Virus record (IMG/VR): IMGVR_UViG_3300037851_000359
Location: 1 to 64,000 of that record
Reading direction: 5' to 3' (one strand)
DNA from: a virus
DNA length: 64,000 nucleotides
Shown: piece after piece, positions 57,762 to 64,000 of the stretch
Layout of the letters: every line of letters starts with the position of its first letter
Numbering within the stretch: position 1 is the first letter of the stretch
Program-made: the position numbers and the translations under genes
The notes under the pieces: model-generated
Told to the model about the DNA's origin: nothing
The model's input: only the letters and a program-made list of their open reading frames with translations
The model's database searches: none

Positions 57762-58204
57762 GGCAATTCCACCAAAAAATGAGTTTCATCTTTCAATTGT
57801 TCATCTATTATCTTTGAAACAATATTCCAATCACCATTTGCCAATCCACACCCAATTTTAGGATATGCTATAATCATTCCAGAAAAGTGTTTTTTAATAA
57901 TACTAAAACAATTTTTCAATGCTTCATAATTAACATAAACCGTATTAGGATTTCCGCCATAATTATATTGAGTATACGCATTTACAATATACTTATTATC
58001 AATATTACAATAAGTATTAGTCCCTAATTTTGATTTATCACCTTTTATGGTTTTTTTATCACTTTCATAAGCCTGCGGATATTTATCAGCAATAAGTCTA
58101 GCTATTCCCCCACCCATAGTACAAAAACAGTTACAACCATGGACTAATACTTCGCATTGATTATTTTCAAATATATTTAAAAGATCACCTTTTATAATAT
58201 TCAT
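57758..58204 (-). CDS. Macro domain (ADP-ribose/Appr-1''-p processing) protein
   Basis: IKGDL, HGCNCFCTMGGGIA, NAYTQ, PKIGCGLANGDW. Confidence 0.93.
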   Translation of the reverse strand: MNIIKGDLLNIFENNQCEVLVHGCNCFCTMGGGIARLIADKYPQAYESDKKTIKGDKSKLGTNTYCNIDNKYIVNAYTQYNYGGNPNTVYVNYEALKNCFSIIKKHFSGMIIAYPKIGCGLANGDWNIVSKIIDEQLKDETHFLVELP

Positions 58205-58554
58205 AGAGTCTCTACTATTTTAATAAATCCACAAGCCGGGCATATATAGCAGAATTGATATTCAACGCTACGATATTCACCAAATGATTTAATACATCTT
58301 GGCATTAATAGGCTATGATCCGCATCAACTGAACACACCATCAAGGTATTATTTGAATCTGCTTGGTTTTTTATTGTTATTAAACAAAATTGAATAAAAC
58401 GATTGAATATCTCTTCCGATTCGAAATTTATATAATATTGAGTATTAAAAGAATCATTTAAAATGATATCAAGAACTTTACTAACATTACTATCAATAGT
58501 CGAAGTCGAGTCTAATCTTATTATGTCTTTTATAATATTAAAAGTAAAAAGCAT
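58201..58554 (-). CDS. Hypothetical zinc-ribbon protein
   Basis: C..DADH...CPACG. Confidence 0.55.
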   Translation of the reverse strand: MLFTFNIIKDIIRLDSTSTIDSNVSKVLDIILNDSFNTQYYINFESEEIFNRFIQFCLITIKNQADSNNTLMVCSVDADHSLLMPRCIKSFGEYRSVEYQFCYICPACGFIKIVETL

Positions 58555-58557
58555 TGT

Positions 58558-59064
58558 TCAGTCCTCTCTCTTATCAGCTAAATCAAATCCCCGTTTAATT
58601 AAAGTATCCAAAGGATTTATATATTTAGTATTTGTCATTTCATGAAATGATTTGCATAATTCAGTAATAGTATCTTCAGTAATTCCATCACAAACCAGAT
58701 CAGAAACACAATTTATAAATTCTATTTCACGTTCTGAGCATCCGTCAAAAATATTACTATTATTTTTAATATAATTATCTAATATTGAAGCGATATAATT
58801 ATTAATAGTAATATCCCGTTTGTGAGCGTTTTTTGCTAAAGTAATAAAATCTGAATCTTTAATATCTAATTCAACATTATAGCTTCCGTCTGTATTTCGA
58901 TCTTCAACAGTTTCATTAAACTTAGCCTGTTCAATCACATTCAACGGTCGCAATACATATTCTTTTCCATGATCATCAACTATCATAAAGGTTTCACCTT
59001 TTTCAACCCTATCCAAATAGTGATTAAAATCATCTTGAAGTTCATATATAGTTAGTTTTTGCAT
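58558..59064 (-). CDS. Phd/YefM antitoxin-like domain fused to an RHH-like domain
   Basis: LTIYELQDDFNHYLDRVEKGETFMI..HGK..VL.P; LAKNAHKRDITINNYI; N16 promoter 59095..59122. Confidence 0.65.
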   Translation of the reverse strand: MQKLTIYELQDDFNHYLDRVEKGETFMIVDDHGKEYVLRPLNVIEQAKFNETVEDRNTDGSYNVELDIKDSDFITLAKNAHKRDITINNYIASILDNYIKNNSNIFDGCSEREIEFINCVSDLVCDGITEDTITELCKSFHEMTNTKYINPLDTLIKRGFDLADKRED

Positions 59065-59129
59065 AGTGGTCCTTTCTTTGGTTTGGGTGTTTCAATTTTA
59101 CTAATATTTTTATTATTGTCAATCCTTAT

Positions 59130-59756
59130 TCAAACCCATAAATGACTTCTGATTTTCATTAATCGTATTAACATTTCTGTATCTTCATTATAATTATTAG
59201 TTTCCATATCTGTAATTTTAAAAAGGCTATCTTTATAAATTTTTTCTTCATCTTCAGATTTTTTAGGATTTTCTAATAATAAAAATGTTATTGGATCTCC
59301 ATCTTCATCTAAATCATGGGGAACAAATGACAATTTAGCAGGGAATTTTTTATAATGATCCTCTTCTAATAATTTTAAATTTTTTTCTCTATTATTTCTA
59401 TCTTGTGTCCACCATTTATATAAAAAATTTATTTCTTGAAAAATTTTTCGATCTTCATCATTAGTATCATAATCAACTATTTCATTATAATGGGATTTTT
59501 CCACAAATTCTTTTAATAAATTGAAATTAACATGTAACATTCTAGTATCCATATCATAATAATTTGGTTTAAGACCAGTTTTAACAATATGATATTTATG
59601 GGTGGTTCTATATTTAATAAACCATATAATATTTTTTAATTTATATCCAATATAATTATCAAATAATAATGATTTTACCCAATATTTAATACCGCCATAT
59701 TTGATTTGTCTTTTTTGATTCTTAATGAATCGTCTAAACCATGTTTTTATAGTCAT
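59130..59756 (-). CDS. Conserved hypothetical phage protein
   Basis: D.DTRMLHVNF.LL..FVE, LYKWW, DTEMLIRL.KIR..LW. Confidence 0.7.
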   Translation of the reverse strand: MTIKTWFRRFIKNQKRQIKYGGIKYWVKSLLFDNYIGYKLKNIIWFIKYRTTHKYHIVKTGLKPNYYDMDTRMLHVNFNLLKEFVEKSHYNEIVDYDTNDEDRKIFQEINFLYKWWTQDRNNREKNLKLLEEDHYKKFPAKLSFVPHDLDEDGDPITFLLLENPKKSEDEEKIYKDSLFKITDMETNNYNEDTEMLIRLMKIRSHLWV

Positions 59757-60286
59757 TTTAATTTTCCTTCAAGGGTTTCCATGATTATATGATTTAACAT
59801 AGTGTGACATTCTTGAATAATTGGGGTTGATAACGAGGGGATGTGAATAACTACGTTACAAGTTGTTGCAAATGGGGAAGTTTTCTGACCAGTAAACAAT
59901 ATTTTTTGAAAATTATGATTGCATTTTACAATATTTTCAGAAGTGCCAGATGTTGAATAGAATAATACAAGATCCTTATCAGTTACATGAAACAATTGTT
60001 TAGAAAATATTTGATTATAATTGAAATCATTAGAAAGAGACGTAATAACAGCTACATTAGTGTTAATACAAATAGAATTGATAGGATTTCTTACTTTTTT
60101 GAATCTGCCCACCAATTCAGCAGTCATGTGCATAGCATCACATGCAGAACCACCATTGCCGCAAGTATATATAACCCCTTTATTAGAAATAGTTTGCATC
60201 ATTTTTGCAACAATTTCATTGATATGATGTTCTAATTTTGATAATTTATTGATAATTTTTAATCGTTCTGCTATTTTTTTATTCAT
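59753..60286 (-). CDS. gmhA: Sedoheptulose-7-phosphate isomerase (SIS domain)
   Basis: CGNGGSACDAMH..AELVGRF, SNDF, STSGTS.N, IQECH. Confidence 0.9.
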   Translation of the reverse strand: MNKKIAERLKIINKLSKLEHHINEIVAKMMQTISNKGVIYTCGNGGSACDAMHMTAELVGRFKKVRNPINSICINTNVAVITSLSNDFNYNQIFSKQLFHVTDKDLVLFYSTSGTSENIVKCNHNFQKILFTGQKTSPFATTCNVVIHIPSLSTPIIQECHTMLNHIIMETLEGKLK

Positions 60287-60288
60287 AA

Positions 60289-60741
60289 TTATTCCAAAAA
60301 GACAAGGGTTGACAAATGATCACGATGTGACTTTAAAAAATAGTTAAATATAATTTTGTTATCACCATTTGTCATAAAATCAGAACAATCAACAATTAGC
60401 ATGTCACTGATTCTACCAGATAAGCGTTCTAAATCAGAAGTATGAAAAATGTTATTGGTATTAAAATCTTTTTTATATACTGAAACCTGTTGTTTCATTG
60501 GCATGACGATCATATAATTAGCAACTAATTTAGGAACAATCTCACGAATAAGAGTAGTATGTCCCATTTGACGACAACCTTTAAATTTTATGACACAAAA
60601 TTCTCTTATATAATGTTCTTGCGACAAATTATTATATATTTTATCAGAATATAAATGTTTACGAAAATTAATAGTTGATAAATATAACAATTCAAATGAT
60701 TTTTGAAAATCATTTCTAATTTTTTGTAAATCATCTTCCAT
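60289..60741 (-). CDS. Degenerate P-loop NTPase-like protein
   Basis: GCRQMGHTT and LIVD. Confidence 0.45.
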   Translation of the reverse strand: MEDDLQKIRNDFQKSFELLYLSTINFRKHLYSDKIYNNLSQEHYIREFCVIKFKGCRQMGHTTLIREIVPKLVANYMIVMPMKQQVSVYKKDFNTNNIFHTSDLERLSGRISDMLIVDCSDFMTNGDNKIIFNYFLKSHRDHLSTLVFLE

Positions 60742-60772
60742 AAAGGACTTCCTTTATTTAAGGTTGAGCAGA

Positions 60773-60949
60773 CTATTGTTTATTTTTATCAGATTCAGAT
60801 TCAATATTTTCCGTTTCTAATTCAACTAAAAATACATCTTTATCAAAATCAATTTTTAAAACCTTTTTATTCATTTTTTGAGTTATAAATTTGGTTAATA
60901 ATTGTTTTACATCGGTAACATCAACTTCAATGGTTTTGCGAATTTTCAT
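60773..60949 (-). CDS. Small hypothetical protein (not in the ORF track)
   Basis: AAGGAG RBS, 58 aa MKIRKTIEVDV...; N16 promoter 60971..60998. Confidence 0.7.
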   Translation of the reverse strand: MKIRKTIEVDVTDVKQLLTKFITQKMNKKVLKIDFDKDVFLVELETENIESESDKNKQ

Positions 60950-61030
60950 AAAATTCTCCTTGGACTTTTAATTGTATCCAAAAAATCATTAATGTCAAGA
61001 ATAATATAAATAATAATAGAGGTAAATTGT

Positions 61031-61876
61031 ATGAAAAAAATTTTAGTTGTCAATGGTGGCGGATCAGCAGGGTTAATATCAATTCTTTTATTGAAAAAGA
61101 TTGAAACGGAATTAAATATTAAAATTTTTGATGAATTTGATATGTTTGCAGGAACATCAGTCGGCGCAATCATAACTTCATATTTAGCAAATGGTTATGG
61201 AGTTCCCTTTATATCTTTATCATTTTATGAATTTTTGCCGAAAATATTTGGAAACCCAGAACCATTTTGGAAAATTTGGAAAAGTAAATATGATTCAAAA
61301 ATTTTAGAAAGATGTTTAAAAGAATATTTAAATTTTCCTATGTCAGAAGTTAAAAAAGATTTGATGATTAATACTATAAACATTTCAAAACCAAAAAGAA
61401 TTCCTAAATTTTTCAAATCATGGAATAATGAATCAACATTATTATATCAAATAGTTACAGCAAGTTGTTCAGCCCCAACTTTTTTCAATCCTTATAAAAT
61501 TGATAATGATTATCATGTTGATGGCGGATTTGCGATTAATAATATAAGTTCTTGTGTTATTGCTGAACTAATAAGAAGAAATATTAATTTGAATGATATA
61601 AAAATTTTAAATTTATCATATACACTTCCTAATGGTTATGATAATCCTGAAAAAATGAAAGGTATTTGGCATTGGATTACTAAATTACCCGAATTATATA
61701 TGGGGGTTACGGATCCAATTGCTGATTATCAATGTAAATATTTATTAGGACAAAATTATGTATCAATTGATACTGAATATTTAAAACCATTAGATGATCT
61801 AAATATTTCTGAAATGGAAAAAGTAGCAGACAGAGAATGGAATAAACATAAGGAAACCATTATAAATTTTTTTTAA
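61031..61876 (+). CDS. Patatin-like phospholipase
   Basis: NGGGSAG, AGTSVG, ASCSAPTFF, DGG; late promoter 61005..61012. Confidence 0.9.
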   Translation: MKKILVVNGGGSAGLISILLLKKIETELNIKIFDEFDMFAGTSVGAIITSYLANGYGVPFISLSFYEFLPKIFGNPEPFWKIWKSKYDSKILERCLKEYLNFPMSEVKKDLMINTINISKPKRIPKFFKSWNNESTLLYQIVTASCSAPTFFNPYKIDNDYHVDGGFAINNISSCVIAELIRRNINLNDIKILNLSYTLPNGYDNPEKMKGIWHWITKLPELYMGVTDPIADYQCKYLLGQNYVSIDTEYLKPLDDLNISEMEKVADREWNKHKETIINFF

Positions 61877-62001
61877 CTAATGTTACTACGCCTATCAATA
61901 TAAAAAAATTATGCAGTAATCAGAATCATTCACATATAAATGATTGTTTTTCTCAATGGAACAGTATAGAATTTTCCAGAAATGATAATTCTATAATCAA
62001 T

Positions 62002-62562
62002 ATGTCCTATGATGAAATGTTAAGTAGAACAAATTTTTGCAAAATCGCTACTTTAAAAGTAATATTAATACAATTGAGAAGAGGAAATTATAAGTATTGG
62101 ACTCATTTCAAACAAATAATAGAAGAATATATTAATGATTTTATTAATTATTTAGATCAACGGTGGCTATTATCTATAATTGATAGTTATATAGATTGCG
62201 GAACCGAAATAGAATCATCTAATGCATTATTAATTAATAGTTTTTACAATCATGCTAAATTAAGAAGATCTGAACATGATTTATACAGTTTCAACCATAT
62301 ATTAAATACCAATAAAAAATCTATGACCCAATATGTTTTCAGTAATCATAAAATGACCGAAATATTATGGGATGGCGGCGATGATACATTAGATAATTTT
62401 TTTAAACGAATTGAATATAAATTAAAAAAAACCCCTATATTATTAAAATTATTCACGACATTTATGGAAATAAATTATAGTCAAGAAAGCATTTGGTATA
62501 ATCTTTCGAAACAATCTGAAAATTTTAAACGTGGTTACATACGATTTTTTGAGAAACATTAG
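62002..62562 (+). CDS. Hypothetical protein in the glycosylation cluster
   Basis: 186-aa ORF with RWLLSIIDSY. Confidence 0.65.
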   Translation: MSYDEMLSRTNFCKIATLKVILIQLRRGNYKYWTHFKQIIEEYINDFINYLDQRWLLSIIDSYIDCGTEIESSNALLINSFYNHAKLRRSEHDLYSFNHILNTNKKSMTQYVFSNHKMTEILWDGGDDTLDNFFKRIEYKLKKTPILLKLFTTFMEINYSQESIWYNLSKQSENFKRGYIRFFEKH

Positions 62563-62574
62563 TATAATAATTTT

Positions 62575-63351
62575 ATGAATAATATAAATCAAATAAGCTA
62601 TATAATTGGTCACAGAGATACATCATATTCAAAAGTACGAACAAAAAATTTATATTACGTTTTAGAATGGTTACATAATAATTTTCCAGAATTAGAAATT
62701 ATTCTAGTAGAACAATCAGAACATAAAACGTTAGAATTGCCAGAATATGTTAAATATATCCATGTTGTTAATACTGGATTTTTTAACCGAAGCTGGACTT
62801 TTAATATAGCATTTAAAAATACACAAAAAGAATTTTTAATGTGTGCCGATAATGATGTGGTAATGAATATCAATGATTTACTTACTGTGTTTGGCGATAT
62901 TACTAATTATGATGCTATTAGCCCAAACAATAAATTAATGGATCTGACACAAGATAACACTAATCATCTAATATCAAATAAATTAAATAATTTTAATTTT
63001 AATGACATTATTCGTGGGGGAATAAATTTCTCAAGTACATTAGTAGCCTTTTCCAGATATGGATATGAAAAAATATTTGGATGGGATGAAGATTTTAGAG
63101 GATGGGGTGGAGAAGATGATATACAAACCTTAAAAATCAAAAAAATGTTAAATTTTAAAGAATATGATTTTATGGCATATCATATGTGGCATGAAAGAAA
63201 TCAATCATTGGGTGAAATGGCTTTCCATTCTAATTATAATAATAATGTTCAAATTATTAATAAATTATGGAATTATACACCGGAACAATTAATAGAATAT
63301 TATAAACCACGCTTTGAAACTTATGGCAATCCTTTAAAATATAAGGAATAA
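62575..63351 (+). CDS. GT-A glycosyltransferase (GT2/GT7-like)
   Basis: IILVEQ, FNRSW.FN, ADND, GWDEDFRGWGGED, HMWH. Confidence 0.88.
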   Translation: MNNINQISYIIGHRDTSYSKVRTKNLYYVLEWLHNNFPELEIILVEQSEHKTLELPEYVKYIHVVNTGFFNRSWTFNIAFKNTQKEFLMCADNDVVMNINDLLTVFGDITNYDAISPNNKLMDLTQDNTNHLISNKLNNFNFNDIIRGGINFSSTLVAFSRYGYEKIFGWDEDFRGWGGEDDIQTLKIKKMLNFKEYDFMAYHMWHERNQSLGEMAFHSNYNNNVQIINKLWNYTPEQLIEYYKPRFETYGNPLKYKE

Positions 63352-63352
63352 C

Positions 63353-64000
63353 ATGAATATAAAATTTCATACTAATTGGTGTGATGATAATACCATTAGA
63401 GAACATTTTAATAGATGCACTCCAAATAATGATTATAAATGGAAAGATTTATATATTTCACCGAATAATTATGATTTTTTAATAATTCTAAATCATGCAT
63501 TAGATTATCCACACAATCCAGCGAATACAATTTGTTTCTTTTCAGAACCAATAAGTACTAGAAACCATTTTAAAAATATTGGTTGGAATCCATCATCGCC
63601 TCCATATTTCTTTGTATATGACACAAATACATATCACAATTTAGATAAATGGTATATAAATCTAAATTATTCACAATTATTGGGGACACCAGAAAAATCC
63701 CAAATTTTTTCTGGAATTATATCTGGATTGAGAGGGATGGAAGGGCATGAAGATAGAATAAATTTTGTATATAATTATTTAAATACAATCCCTTATTACC
63801 ATCATTATGGACGAGGAATAACAAATCTATCATCATATAAAGGGCAATTAAATAATAAAGAAGATGGTTTATTGACATATAAATATACATTTAATTGCGA
63901 AAATACTTATGAAGATGGATATTTTACAGAAAAATTATTAGATGCTATTATGTGTGAAACATTATGTTTCTATTCAGGGTGTCCAAATGTTGAAAAATAT
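63353..64000 (+). CDS. GT10 fucosyltransferase-like protein (truncated at the window end)
   Basis: SEP motif; YKYTFNCENTYEDGYFTEKLLDAIMCETLCFYSGCPN. Confidence 0.85.
   Translation, partial: MNIKFHTNWCDDNTIREHFNRCTPNNDYKWKDLYISPNNYDFLIILNHALDYPHNPANTICFFSEPISTRNHFKNIGWNPSSPPYFFVYDTNTYHNLDKWYINLNYSQLLGTPEKSQIFSGIISGLRGMEGHEDRINFVYNYLNTIPYYHHYGRGITNLSSYKGQLNNKEDGLLTYKYTFNCENTYEDGYFTEKLLDAIMCETLCFYSGCPNVEKY

Noticed and set aside
1-64000. Stop-codon reassignment
   Set aside because: Long genes are intact and densely packed under code 11, TAA, TGA and TAG all end genes, and no suppressor tRNA was seen.

Overview
Very AT-rich, gene-dense 64-kb segment of a large (probably jumbo) T4-like tailed phage using the standard genetic code. 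It contains a tail/head-fibre cluster (28.6-41.0 kb) and a PAAR spike. Many genes sit behind T4-type late promoters (TATAAATA), and several start with an N-terminal tag like the T4 capsid-targeting sequence. Auxiliary genes cover nucleotide metabolism (GuaC, DHFR, two thymidylate-synthase-family genes, PRTase, HAD, MazG), translation (IF3, peptide deformylase, YggL-like, 3 tRNAs including an initiator tRNA) and glycan synthesis (RmlA, GmhA, GT2/7, GT10). Mobile elements are an intein at the catalytic Cys of the second thymidylate synthase and two copies of a non-autonomous TnpB-only element; the ends of the complete copy can be mapped by restoring the interrupted gene. The strongest leads are a candidate capsid-packaged effector arsenal, three tandem genes with an invariant MKxKxDFITNSSSSSY N-terminus, 13 sigma70-type promoters all with a 16-bp spacer, a PilB/GspE N-domain mimic and a possible beta-barrel spanin. 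Weak hints point to a PVC/Planctomycetota host. All family assignments are from motif recognition by eye, with no database searches.
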